From: Okamejei kenojei
Lineage: Eukaryota
Direction of reading: 5' to 3'
DNA length: 64,000 nucleotides
NCBI GenBank assembly: GCA_035221665.1
Contig: CM069135.1
Location: forward strand, 29,202,001-29,266,000
The position numbers and the translations under genes are program-made. The notes beneath the pieces are model-generated. The model did not search any database, was not told the DNA's origin, and was given only the letters and a program-made list of their open reading frames with translations. Of this stretch, positions 25,354 through 37,950 are shown piece after piece; position 1 is the first letter of the stretch; the number at the start of each line of letters is the position of its first letter.

Positions 25354-26961
25354 CAGTGGCTTGCAAAAGTTTTCATACCCCTTGAACATTTTCCACATTT
25401 TGTCATGTTACAACCACAAACGTAAATGTATTTTATTGGGATTTTATGTGATAGGCCAACACAAAGTGGCACATAATTGTGAAGTGGAAGGAAAATGATA
25501 CATGGTTTTCAGATTTTTTTACAAATAAAAAACTGAAAAGTGTGGCATGCAAAAGTATTCAGCCCCCTTTATTCTGATACCCCTAAATAAAATCCAGTGC
25601 ATCCAATTCCCTTCAGAAGTCACCTAATTAGTAAATAGAATCCACTTGTGTATAATCTAATCTCAGTATAAATACAGCTGTTCTGTGAAGGCCTCAGAGG
25701 TTTGTTAGAGAACATTAATGAACAAACAGCATCATGAAGCACAAGGAACACACCAGACAGGTCAGGGATAAAGTTGTGGAGAAGTTTAAAGCAGGGGTAG
25801 GTTATAAAAAAATATCCCAAGCTTTGAACATCTCACGGAGCACTGTTCAAATCATCCGAAAATGGAAAGAGTATGGCACAACTGCAAACCTACCAAGACA
25901 TGGCTGTCCACCTAAACTGACAGGCCGGGCAAGGAGAGCATTGATCAGAGAAGCAGCCAAGAGGCCCATGGTAACTCTGGAGGAGCTGCAGAGATCCAAA
26001 GCTCAGGTGGGAAAATCTGTCCACAGGACGACTATTAGTCGTGTACTCCACAAATCGGGCCTTTATTTGCAAGAAGAAAGCCATTGTTGAAACAAAGCCA
26101 TAAGAAGTCCCATTTGCAGTTTGCCACAAGCCACGTGGGGGACACAGCAAACATGTGGAGGAAGCTGCTCTGGTCTGATGAGACCAAAATGGAAGTTTTT
26201 GGCCTAAATGCTAAACGTTATGTGTGGCGGAAAACTAACACTGCACATCACCCTGAACACACCATCCCCACTGTGAAACATGGTGGTGGCAGCATCATGC
26301 TGTGGGGATGCTTTTCTTCAGCAGGGACAGGGAAGCTGGTCAGAGTTGATGGGAAGATGGATGGAGCCAAATACAGGGCAATCTTGGAAGAAAACCTGTT
26401 AGAGTCTGCAAAAGACTTGAGACTGGGGTGGAGGTTCACCTTCCAGCAGGACAACGACCCTAAACATACAGCCAGAGCTACAATGGAATGGTTTAGATCA
26501 AAGCATATTCATGTGTTAGAATGGCCCAGTCAAAATCCAGACCTAAATCCAATTGAGATTCTCTGGCAAGACTTGAAAATTGCTGTTCACAGACGCTCTC
26601 CATCCAACCTGACTGAGCTTGAGCTATTTTGCAAAGAAGAATGGGCAAAAATTTCAGTCTCTAGATGTGCAAAGCTGGTAGAGACATACCCCAAAAGACT
26701 TGCAGCTGTAATTGCAGCGAAAGGTGGTTCTACAAAGTATTGACTCAGGGGGGCTGAATACTTTTGCAGGCCACACTTTTCAGTTTTTTATTTGTAATAA
26801 AATTTGGAAATCATGTATCATTTTCCTTCCACTTCACAATTATGCACCACTTTGTGTTGGTCTATCACATAAAATCCCAATAAAATACATTTATGTTTGT
26901 GGTTGTAACGTGACAAAATGTGGAAAAGTTCAAGGGGTATGAATACGTTTGCAATCCACTG
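25354..26961 (+). mobile_element. Full-length Tc1/mariner (DD34E) DNA transposon with long TIRs
   Basis: TA|CAGTGGCTTGCAAAAG...TTTGCAATCCACTG|TA; roughly 200-bp imperfect TIRs; TA TSD. Confidence 0.97.
25734..26743 (+). pseudogene. Tc1 transposase with one frameshifting deletion near 26068
   Basis: Paired-like HTH N-terminus; WSDET, QQDNDPKH, PDLNPIE catalytic triad. Confidence 0.95.
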
Positions 26962-28364
26962 TAAATACATACACATAGACCTCCCTCAGAGGACGTCAAG
27001 AAAGGCTTGAGAGTAAAGATGAGTTTTAAATCTCGACTTAAAGGAGTCGATGGAGGGGGCAGTTCTGATGGGAAGAGGGGTGCTGTTCCACAGTCTAGGA
27101 GCTGCAACCGCAATGGCGCGGTCGCCTCTGAGCTTATGCCGCAGGACGTTCAATAACCCCAAGTCGGCCGATCTGAGGGACCTGGAGGTGGTGTGGTGGG
27201 TAAGCAGACTTTTGATGTAGGTGGGGGCAAGCCCGTTAAGGGATTTGTAGACATAAAGAAGGATCTTGAAATTTATTCAGAACCGCACAGGGAGCCAGTG
27301 GAGGGAGGCCAGAATCAGGGTGATGTGGTCCCTTTTTCGGGTGCCCATCAGGAGTCTCGCTGTGGCATTTTGGACCAGTTGCAGGGAAGATTGGCTGATG
27401 CCAATGTAAAGGGAGTTGCAGTAATCGACCTGGAGGAGATAAATGTGTGGATGATCTTTTCGAGGTCATCAAACTGGAGGAATTGTTTTATTTTAGCTAT
27501 CGTCCGAAGCTGGAAGAAGCTAGCTTTTACCACAGCATTGACTTGTTTGTCAAATTTCAATGCTGAATCAAATATCACGCCAAGGTTTTTGACGTGAGGT
27601 TTGAGTAATGGGGTAAGGCTTCTAAGGCTGCCTGCTATCATTTTGATTGAGTCCGAGGGGCCGAGAAGGATGACCTCAGACTTACTCTCATTTAGTCGGA
27701 GGAAGTTCTGGGCCATCCAACACTTTATATCCTCGAGGCAGTGGATAAGGTTAAGTAGATTTGATTAGAGAGGTGTGGAATTAATGAAGGTGATTGAGAT
27801 TAGTATAGATAGGCTTAGTATAGATAGGCATGATAGTCAGCATAGGCATAGTGGACCAAGGAGCTTGTTTCTAAGAGAGAGTTTCAAGAGAGAGTTAGAT
27901 TTAGCTCTTGGGGCTAAGGGAATCAAGGGATATGGGGTAAAAACCGGAACGGGATACTGATTTTGGATGATCAGCCATGCTCATATTGAATGGTGGTGCT
28001 GGCTTGAACGGCCGAATGGCCTACTCCTGCACCAATTTTCTGATATGTTTGCACATGTTTCTATGCCTCACAAGATGACCCTGGAATGCAAGGAGTAATC
28101 AGCTAGTAGAATATAGAAATGAGGAGCTGCAGATACTGGCTTACCAAAAAAAGACACAAAACTCAGCGGGTCAGGCAGCATCCCTGGAGAATGTGCATAG
28201 GTGATGTTTCAGGTTAGAGCCCTACTTCAGCAAGTCACTAGTCACTTGTGACTGCTAGTTCTCCAGGGATTCTTCCTGACCAGCTGAGTTCTCCAGGGAT
28301 GCTACTGTTTACAAAGTCACCAATTACCTGGAAAAGAGGCAAAAGGTCTGAGTGTCCTTGTGGA

Positions 28365-28580
28365 AACAATGAACTGCAGATGCTGGCTTACAAGAAAAAG
28401 ACACAAAGTGCTGGAGGAACTCAGTGGGTCAGGCAATTTCCCAGGGCACCATGGACAGGTGATGTTTCGGCTTGTGGCCCTTCTTCAGACTGAAGGAGTT
28501 GAGGGAAGAAAGCGAGTAAGGAAAGAAAGGTGAGGAGAAGGAGTGGAGCAAAAATTGGCAAGTGATAGGTGGATTGAAGT
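28365..28580 (-). repeat. Penelope pseudo-LTR fragment with hammerhead-like core
   Basis: Minus CTGAAGA AGGGCCACAAGCC GAAA CATC at ~28461-28488. Confidence 0.65.
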
Positions 28581-29544
28581 GAGGAGCGGTGATCGGCAAA
28601 TAATGCTGGCTTGGAGCCCCCTGCTGCTGGGAGGACTGAAATGTAAGCCCAGTCATCAACCAATCTGGATTGGAAAGTCAGTGCCCCTGGCATAAGGAGC
28701 CTCGATGGACGGGAGCATTCCTCTCAGGGTGGCAAAGGCAATGAGTGTGGCACGCAGTGGTGGGTGGTCCAGTGGGATAGATGCACTGGACATGGAGAGC
28801 GGACAGACCTCTCGGGGGGGGGGGCGGACAACGAGCGGATGGAGGTGAAGATGGAGGTGGAGTGAAGGAAGGTCAATCAGCGTGAACCACAGTGAGGGGG
28901 AGGGTGGAGAGGCCTCAAGTTTCACGAGGAGGCCTTATATTAGCCAGATAGTTGTTCCACAATAAGCCATGTGTGTGAATGATGTGACATTAGATTTTGA
29001 TATTGACACCATTGAGTATATAGCCCCGACCTCCAGCTGTTGTTAATATTTTCCTCCTCAACTTGTCAGTCCAACAACCGCAAATTGTGCACATTAAAAT
29101 ATCCCTTTTGTCCAATACTTCCAAGGTCAGAGCAGTGCAGTATAACAGATGCGATGATAAGAGTTAACATTATGTTAGGGCTTCACTGACATTCATTAAG
29201 AGCTGCTCGGTTGAATTATAGCTTTGTGACTCCTACACAGTGCCTGTGTGTATACATGCCATTTTAATGTATTATAAAGTCAAACAGTTTTTCCTCTGCC
29301 ACCCTTTAATACTATCATTAGCTCAATGGGAAGCACATGTGGCATTTTGTGGCAAGAGCACGCCATAAGTTATCCATCAGGCATCAAGTTAGTGCAGACC
29401 CGTGAGCCTGTAGATATTTGCACACAACACACTTTTCTGTTTTTTTTTTGTAGGGAGGGCTTTAAAAATGTGTGGTGTCATGTCACAGTAACGCACGGAG
29501 TGGCAGTGTGTTTCAGTTAATTGGAAATAGTAATCAGTCATAGA

Positions 29545-29965
29545 CTGAATAGGTGCACGAGGAGGCCATTTGGCCCTTCGAACCAGCACCTCCATTCACT
29601 GTGATCATGGTTGATCATCCACAAGCAGTACCCCGTTCCTGCGATTCCACTAGCCCCGAGCTCTATCTAACTTTCTTTTGAATGCATCCAGTGCATTGGT
29701 CTCCACTACCTTCTGAGGCAGATAATTCTACAAATTCACAACTCTCTGGGTGAAAAAGTTTTTTCTCATCTCAGTTTTAAATGGCCTCCCCTTTATTCTT
29801 GGACTGTGGCCCCTGGTTCTAGACTCCCCCAACATTGGGAACATTTTTCATGTATCTAGTTTGTCCAGTCCTTTTATAATTTTATATATTTCTATAAGAT
29901 ATCCTCTCATCCTTCTAAATTCCAATGAATATAAGCCCAGTCTTTCCAATCTTTCCTCATATGAC
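29545..29965 (-). mobile_element. CR1 3' fragment
   Basis: Similar to 15820-16230. Confidence 0.8.
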
Positions 29966-30280
29966 ATTGCACATGTGCTGATGGCTGGAACTGAGGAAAC
30001 TATTGACATGAGATGAATGTGGAGGCCACCTGCCGGCGTCTCTCTCTGACAGGGCCGGTGATTTGCATTCCTCTGGCCTGTTGCTCTGTGTGATATTTTC
30101 TAGCACTTCCCAGCTGAGCTTGATATTATGGAGACTTTCCGATCGCGCTCAACCCGACCCTGCCATATGATTAATAATCAGTCGCATGGGGGCTTCCGAG
30201 ACTCCTGCTGCCCCTTCATGTCTTTCCATAGCCACATTAAAAGAAAATAAACGTTTTTATAATTTGCCGCCTAGCCAATG

Positions 30281-30895
30281 GAGGTAAATGAGACGGTTGC
30301 CCACCTCTTTACAGAGTGCGGGTTTGCTAAAAGAGTCTGGAAAAAAATGCAAGGGTCCCTGGTACGCTTTATCCCGAACAGCTCCGTCACAGAGGACTCG
30401 GTGATTTACGGACTGTTCCCAGGGACACATTCAGAGACTGACATCGAGTGCTGCTGGAGGGTCATCAACTCGGTGAAAGACGCTCTTTGGTCTGCCCGAG
30501 CATTGTTCACCACCCAGCAGAGCGAGATGTCCGTCAGGGAATGTTGCCGACTGGCCCACTGCAGACTGCAGGAGTACGTGCTGAGGGACGCACTGAAGCT
30601 CGGTGCAGCCAACGCCAAGGCTCGGTGGGGGAGGGCCACAGTCTAACGCCCTTCCGCTGCTGGACATGGGGGGTATGGTATGGTGGAGACGCCCCTCAAT
30701 ATAAGGGAAGGTATCCCACGCCACTGTGGCACGAGTGGGGGACTGATTTGTGGAAATTTGGGGGAAAGAAATGTCTAAACTGTATTGATCTATTGTACAG
30801 CCTCCGAAAATGTCGGATGGATTTTCCGCAAGGCTAATGTATTGTATATATTTATCATTCGAATAAAGTATATTTTGAAATTAAAAAAAAAAAAA
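30281..30895 (+). mobile_element. Tx1-like (L1 clade) LINE 3' fragment with poly(A)
   Basis: ETVAHLFTEC..AKRVW zinc-knuckle region, INSVKDALWSAR; AATAAA then poly(A); AATG TSD at 30277-30280 and 30896-30899. Confidence 0.85.
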
Positions 30896-33516
30896 AATGT
30901 GCTTCCAACAAGCTAAATAAAGGAGAAATTAAAACCAAAGTTTTCTTTCCCCCTCTATGCTCCATCATTTTAAGCATTTGACAATCTTTGCTTCAGAAAT
31001 AATTCATGAGGAAAATCCACCTTCCCATGAGGGGATGCTTTAATGGTTTACAATACAACGTTCATTGCTCGCTTTTGTACGTCATTGAATAAGCAAAATA
31101 AAGCAAAGGAAGGCAGGCAGCAAGCACGGAGAAATGGGGTTTCATTGATTTAGGAACAGTTAAAATTCAGGTTTTGTCACAGTCCAGAATAGGAGATGCA
31201 ATATTCTGCAGCTTGGAGGGCTTGAAGAATATGGAGTTGCTATGGGGATCAATGGAGGGATTGTGAAGAAAGGGAAAATATTTATCGTCAAAATATTGCT
31301 TTAACAGTCTTGGCATGATTTACCACTTGTTAACCAGTGCAATATAAATGCATTTTATTTTTGTTTTGCTAATTATTACTTCCCACTCCTTATCATTCAT
31401 CAGAAATCCCTTTGCTCATTGATGTTCTGATCATCAGATTAATACTAGTGTGCTCTTGTCAGCACACTCCTACACACAATGACGAGAAGCAGTGGTGACA
31501 AAGATAGTCTCATTCCCTGTGAATGTGCTATCCATCTGGAAGAACCCACCATAGGTAATGAGCAAAAGAAAATATCAACAACATGGGCTTTGGAGATGCT
31601 TCATGTTAAGAAACCAATGCAGGTATCTTCCATCCTTAATATGATGATCAGGATGAGGAATCTCATGGACTAGGGAGTTTTGGGAGCTCCAGGATGTTGG
31701 GTGAATGGGATGGTGCAGGTGATATGGGTTTGGCTATGAGTGGCAATGTTTTGGATGACAGAGTCTGTGGAGATTGGAAGATGAAGGGTTGAGACTCTGA
31801 GGAGACTAAACTCTTGAGAGACCAATAGCATTTTAATTAGTTTAGCGTAGAGGTACAGAGTGGATACAGACCCATTAGCCCACCGGGTCTGTGCAGACCA
31901 ACGAACCCCCGTATACCAGTTCTACCCTACACGGGATGAGTAACGGAAGCCAATTAACCTACAAACCCGCATGTCTTGAACCCAGGTCTCCGACGCTGTA
32001 AATCAACAACTCTAGCTCTGTGCCAGTGTCGCCCCCAGGCATGGACAAATGTTTAGGAATCAGTGAGCTGAGCCACAGTGAAAGGAGGTTGCCCTGATGA
32101 TGAAGTAGATAGTAGAGGCTCATCTCGGTGTGCAATAAGATATCAGCCTATGCACGATCTGTTCCAGCCTCTGGTGCTAGGGAGGGAGCTGGAGTTGGTG
32201 AGTACATGAACAAGACTAAAAACTATTCTTTTGGTTTTGGTTTCCCAATGGGCAGCTGAAGGACATGTCGAGCTCATCAGTGCCATAGTTTAGAGGCGGT
32301 TCAGGGGAGTGAGGAAGGTGGTGGAAAATTGGAACTGAGTGAAAGTGATGCTGTGTTTCCAGATGGTACAAGACAGTCGAGGGTACAGGGTGCCTGTAGC
32401 AGTGGGAGACTGAATGATGTGAGCTGCAAATGCAAGAGAGGATAATGCTATAGTTCAATACAACACCATCGTGCCAATGCTGGTCAATTCATGGAACTAT
32501 CTAATCAGCAGTACTTTGCCTGCCAATTAAACTTCTATTACATATTCAGGCTTGAGCTAATGTAGGGTTGGGGAGTGAATGATGAGAGAAATATGTTATG
32601 GGAATAAGCTGGCATTGTCGTTGTGTGACCACTGTGCATTTGTGTTGCAGCAAAGATTACGGAGCGGTGTCTTATTCTGCCCCAGCGACCAACCAGGGTA
32701 CCTTCATATTGCTGAGTGAAAGGATGAGGTCTCTCTTGACTCGTACTCTCGAAGCTACATCAAGCATCCGTCTGACCTGCTTGCTATTTTAGCACTGGCC
32801 TCAATCAAACTGATTGGATCCACATTAGAAATAAAACAATGTTTGCTGGCATCGTACCATTGGCATGCAATTCAGAGTGCAGCCTAGCTTGACTCGAATG
32901 ACTAGCAGATTTGATAATGCAAGTCTGGTATATGCCAGATATCCAGGCTGTTACGATCTTACTCGCTTGTTAAAAAGCGAGCTGTTGGCAACCTTTAATT
33001 GGCAACAAAAAGAGATGAATCCCTCCTTCATAACGTACTAATGGATCAGGCCACAGTCTCCTGGCTGGTCTTCTTGCTAATCGGTTATAGCCAGAGACTG
33101 GCAGAGCTCCCAGTAAGTGACATTGTGCCGTGTCTTTACAATGGGCTCCAGTGGCAGTCTGTCAACACCACTTCAAAAAACACATCAGGATTGGCAGCAA
33201 TTAATTAACAGGCATTCCAGCGGTGACTAGACTTAGAGATGGGATCTCCACGTACGCAAAGCCACCTATTCCTTGGACAGGAACTGGATTCCTCCAATAA
33301 ATCCCTTCTGCACCCTCTCCGTCTTGTTATCCCACCCAAAGAGTGGTGCCCAGAATTGGATGTAATATTCCTCTTGAATCTCATTTGTGTCTCAGTTGTT
33401 TCCTACAACTTCCTTTTTCTTGCACTTTATTTTTTTCCAATAATAAAACCAAGAATACTCTTTGATTTGCATTCATCAGTAAGATGCAACTGAATTCCAA
33501 TGGTGTGGTGCATAAA

Positions 33517-33990
33517 ACGGAAGAAGGGTCTCGACCCGAAACGTCACCCATTCCTTTTCTCCAGAGATGCTGCCTGTCCCTCTGAGTTACTACAACAATT
33601 TGCGTCTATCTTTGGTTTAAACCAGCATCTGCAGTTACTTCCTACATAAAACAGAGGAGTGTTTTCTATCACATCTATCACAAAGTCCACTGGTCTTAAA
33701 GAACTCTGTGGATTGTGCAATTTTTACAGTCACCAAGAAGCTGGAAAAGAGGCAAACAGTCTGAATATCCTTGCAGGAATAATGAACTGCAGATTCTGGT
33801 TTACAAAAAAAGATGCAAGGTGCTGGAGTAACTCATCATGTCAGGCCGCATTCCTGGAGAATGTGGATATGTGATATTTCAAGTCAGGATCCTGCTTCAG
33901 ATTGAAGAAGGGTCCTGCCCCAAAATGTTACCGACCCCTGTTCTCCAGGGATGCTGCCTGACCCACTGAGTTACTCCAGCATTTTCAGAG
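33517..33990. repeat. Cluster of Penelope pseudo-LTR repeats (single arm 33517-33650, palindrome 33780-33990)
   Basis: GAAGAAGGGTCTCGACCCGAAACGTCACC; inverted arms around CTTCAG-A-TTGAAG. Confidence 0.75.
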
Positions 33991-35867
33991 TTTCCCTTGC
34001 ATAAGAGGCGATTGTTCTTGAACAAGGTCTGAACAGGCTTTGACAGCAGAGTCTTTTATTGTAAGAAGTCTCTTAGCAGATTTTACAGCAGAAGCAAAAC
34101 ATGGAATAAGATGAGGCATGAAAAATCTGTTACAGATTGCTGTCAGTCCAGTCCATCTTCAAGTCGATGATTTAATCAAAATTAACACAGAGGGAAATAC
34201 AGCTCAATACGGCTCGCAGAAACTATTATATTCTTGCCCTTTCCTGTGCAGACATGAAAGATTGACCTTTTGTTTTATGTACAGGTGGGAATACTTTGCA
34301 AGAAAAACAGGTGTGCTTAGGAACTAGAAACCACGCTGTGTGGCATCACAATCCCTTGATAAACCACGTGGTTGCAACGTTTCTTTGTGGTCGTACTTGG
34401 CTCTACAATAAACAAGTTATCTCGCAGCTGTGAAAATTGTGACCCCCACAATGTCATTCAAATTAAAAACCCAAGGAAAATTAAAAAAAAAATCCTTTGA
34501 AAGTAAAACATGAATCATACTGCTTTTGTTTGGACAGTTCAGAATTATGTACAGCTAGGTATACAACTCCTTCCTTTAATGTAGCAACCTTTTCATTTAA
34601 TCAAATTAAAGATTGGCTTTATTTCCAGGAAGTACCAAGTTTGAGGCTTAAGTTGTTTATTGATTCCTTCGTGTTAAACCTGCTTTCCACCTCTCTTGCT
34701 TTGACATTTTTGTCTTCCCTTTAAGGTAAAAATAATGTCCCATCTCCAAGTGGGACAGCACTAATGCCACAGTGTTATAATCTCTTATCAATAGTCAGGG
34801 CTTTTTAGTGGCTTTTGGTGGCTTTGGGCCTCTTACAGTTTGTAGATCACTGTGCTTAAGAGGAACTGAGAAATGTTTAAGATACTACAGTAGTTGCAAG
34901 TGGACAGAAACAAAGACAGGTTTTCAGTCAAACTGTTGCCAGTGTCGGTCTTCTTTATTTTACAAAAGTACACTGCACATACCCACACACATATTCACAA
35001 GACTGATAAGATAATGAATATTTAACATGACACAAATCACCCAATTTGGTACGCAGTTGTTAAAGGTACAGTTACCATTATACACACTACAACAGTGGAG
35101 CAAGACTTGGGGTCATGGCGTCACTCCAAAGACCTGGGTTTGATCCTGGCAGCAGGCAATGTCCATGTGGAGTTTGCAAGTTCTCCCAGTGTCTTCCTGT
35201 TTCTCTTGGATGCTCCGGTTTCCCCCAATATATCAGTTTGGCTACTGTAAGTCACCCCTCAGAGTGGCTAATTGCACCAAAGAAACAAAAGGGAGTTGAT
35301 AGGAATCTGTGAGAGAGCAGACATTTGCAGGTGTAAAGGGAGATAAGGAAGAAGTGATTGGGATAATGGAATTGTATCCCTGAGAGATGGTATGTATCTG
35401 ATCTCCCAAGGGCACGACACATTATGCAGTGCTATGCACACTGTACCCATTAATCAATATGACCTTTAAATCCATTGCTTTGTAGCTATAAATGCCATAG
35501 TCAAGATTTTCATTCCCCCAAATGCACTTTATTCATTATGTGTATAAATGGGACAGGTAATTATCTTCATGCATTCTGCGAAACAATTCAATGCATTCAC
35601 TTACGATGAGTCAATGCCGCTCACATTTCCACCTTAAACACTACATTCATGCAGCCTTTGAGAGGTTGTTACACAGTGTCCAGTGACAGCAGGATCCAGA
35701 CTATGATGCCTCCCCACAGTGTCTTTGTGGTGGCCACACTGAGCTTCAGCCATCCTCCAGCACGCATTCCCGCACCATAAAGTGCTCTCGGCGATATTTG
35801 CCTAAGGACATCTCCTTCCACTGGAAGACCAACAAATTTCAGGTAGACCCTGGGGTAAAAAAAAGTT

Positions 35868-36190
35868 TTTATTTAGTTTAGTTTTGTTTAGAGATACAGC
35901 GTGGAAACAGGCCCTTCGGCCCACTGAGTCCACACCGACCAGCGATCCCCGCACATTTACACAACCCTACGCACACTAGGGACAATTTTACATTTTTTAC
36001 ATTTATACCAAGCCAATTTACCTACAAACCTGTACATCCTTGGAGTGTGGGAGGAAACCGAAGATCTCTGTGAAAACCCATGCAGGTCATGGGGAGAACG
36101 TACAAACTCCGTACAGACAAGCACCCGTAGTCAGGATCGAACCTGGGTCTCTGGCACTGTAAGACAGTAGCTCTATTGCTGCGCCACCGC
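35868..36190 (-). mobile_element. tRNA-derived V-SINE (HE1-like), near full length
   Basis: Reverse-complement A/B box head, V-core and (CTAAA)n tail. Confidence 0.85.
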
Positions 36191-36263
36191 TTTTTGCTAA
36201 ACCACTATTAGACTTTGCATGAACTATTACATTCAATTTTTTGTTACCGCGCTTAAATTGTAA

Positions 36264-36798
36264 AAATACATCTCTTGATGCTCCTGAACACATCATCAGT
36301 GATGTAACCTGGGGTTATTGGGTGTTTCTGGGTCTTTCAACATCAGACACCCTCACCCAGGCAACCCAGCCGTGGTTGATCAGACCACGACTTGTGTTCA
36401 GGTGGCATTTGCGCCTCCCCATGGACCTCCTCTCCTGATCCAGAGCCATCCCGAGACTTTCTCCGCTGCCTCTGTGGTGTTTTTGATGGCTCTTCTCTTC
36501 TCCACTCCATTGATGCCCAGTGCACTCAAGGCTTTGTGGAGCGATTGCCCTGCAAAACCTCTGCAGCCAACCTCGATGGGCCTTGATACACCTTGCCTTC
36601 CAGCCCTGCTTACGGCAGTCTATGACCAGCTCTTCGTACTTGGTCATCTTCCTATCATGCGTCTCTTCCAGACGATCCTCCCACGGCACTGTCAGTTCCA
36701 ACAAGACAATATTTTTGGTCGCCTCTGACACTAGGAGGATGTCTGGGCTCAGGGTGATTGTGAACTTCAGCTGTTTCACCAGGTCTACAAAAAGCTGC
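36264..36798 (-). mobile_element. HERO/NeSL-like LINE 3' fragment (restriction-like endonuclease)
   Basis: LSPDILLVSEATKNIVLLELTVPWEDRLEE...KYEELV..C..QGWKA. Confidence 0.88.
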
Positions 36799-37709
36799 TA
36801 GTTTGAATGTAATGGGTGTTTGTCATCTTGGAGAGGATAGAAAATAAGATCTGGTCCCAGAATGAGGGACTGCAAGATCTGGGGAAGCTAGAGACTTGTG
36901 TTTGTTCTCCGAGAATGAGTATATTTTTAAGCCACAAATTGTTCCAAGCAGGTTCAGCTCGCAGTCAAGTACAAATCTGAAAACAATTAAATATTTGCTA
37001 TTTATCATCTTTTATAATTTTTGTTGCGTTCTCCCAGAGTTAAAGGTTCAAAATTATGTATTAAAACATCTTGAATCAATTGTGCCTCAACAACTGTTTT
37101 CTCCCAACAACAGCAGCAGAAGCAGATTCAGTAGTAACTTTGAAAAGAGAATTGAGTAAACACTTAAAATGGAAGTGTTTGTAGGACAATGGTGAAAGGA
37201 CAGTGCATTGCAACTAATGGACCAGTGCTTTCAAAGGGACAGCATCAGCATAATGGCCGAATGAGCTCTTTTTGTTTCTATGAGAAAGAGGGAGTAGAGA
37301 ATAAGAAAAGGTGGAAAGGGCAAAAGAGAAGTGAAAACAATTTCTACAAAGAAGCCTTTTAAAAGTAGAGAGAGGTGACTGTAGTTGGCAGTAAAGTTTT
37401 CATTGAGATTGACCTAACTGCAAATTGGAGTGAATATGACTGTCGGTACCTTTTTCCCCAGGGTGGAAATGTCAAACACTGGAGGGCATAGCCTTAAGGT
37501 GAAAGAGGCAGAGTTTAAAGGAGATGTGCGAGGTAAGTCTCTTTGCACAGAGAATAGTGGGTGTCTGGAACGCACTGCCAGGGAGTCATGATGGTGGAGG
37601 GAGATACAATAATGGAATTCAAGATGCTTTTAGATAGGCACATAGATATGTGGGGAATGGAGGAATACGTATTATGTGCAAGCAGAGGAGATTAGTTTAA
37701 GTTGATATC

Positions 37710-37950
37710 ATAGGAAGGAACTGCAGATGCTGGTTTAAACCAAATATAAACATAAAATGCCAGAGTAACTCAGCGGGATAGGCAGCATCTCTGGATAGAA
37801 GGTCGAGTCCCTTCTTCAGACATGTTGGCTGAAGGAACTATTCAATCCTTCTGGAGAAGTGTCCCGACCTGAAATGCCACCTATCCATTTTCTCCAGAGA
37901 TGCTGCCTGACTGACCTGACCCGCTTAGTTACTCCACATATTGTGTCTCT
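37710..37950. repeat. Penelope-derived palindromic repeat, decayed
   Basis: GAAGGAACTGCAGATGCTGG arm and inverted arm. Confidence 0.7.

Larger units (their letters stand above)
25220..27765 (-). mobile_element. L2-clade LINE 3' fragment, interrupted by Tc1
   Basis: WMAQNFLRLNESKSEVILLG, VKNLGVIFDSALKFDKQV; (TTGAC)n tail at 25220-25240; TAGAG duplicated at 25215-25219 and 27766-27770. Confidence 0.88.

Noticed and set aside
36264-36380. CTGATGA and GAAAC words in HERO 3' UTRs (also ~14375-14460) as hammerheads
   Set aside because: The required helices could not be formed around the motifs.
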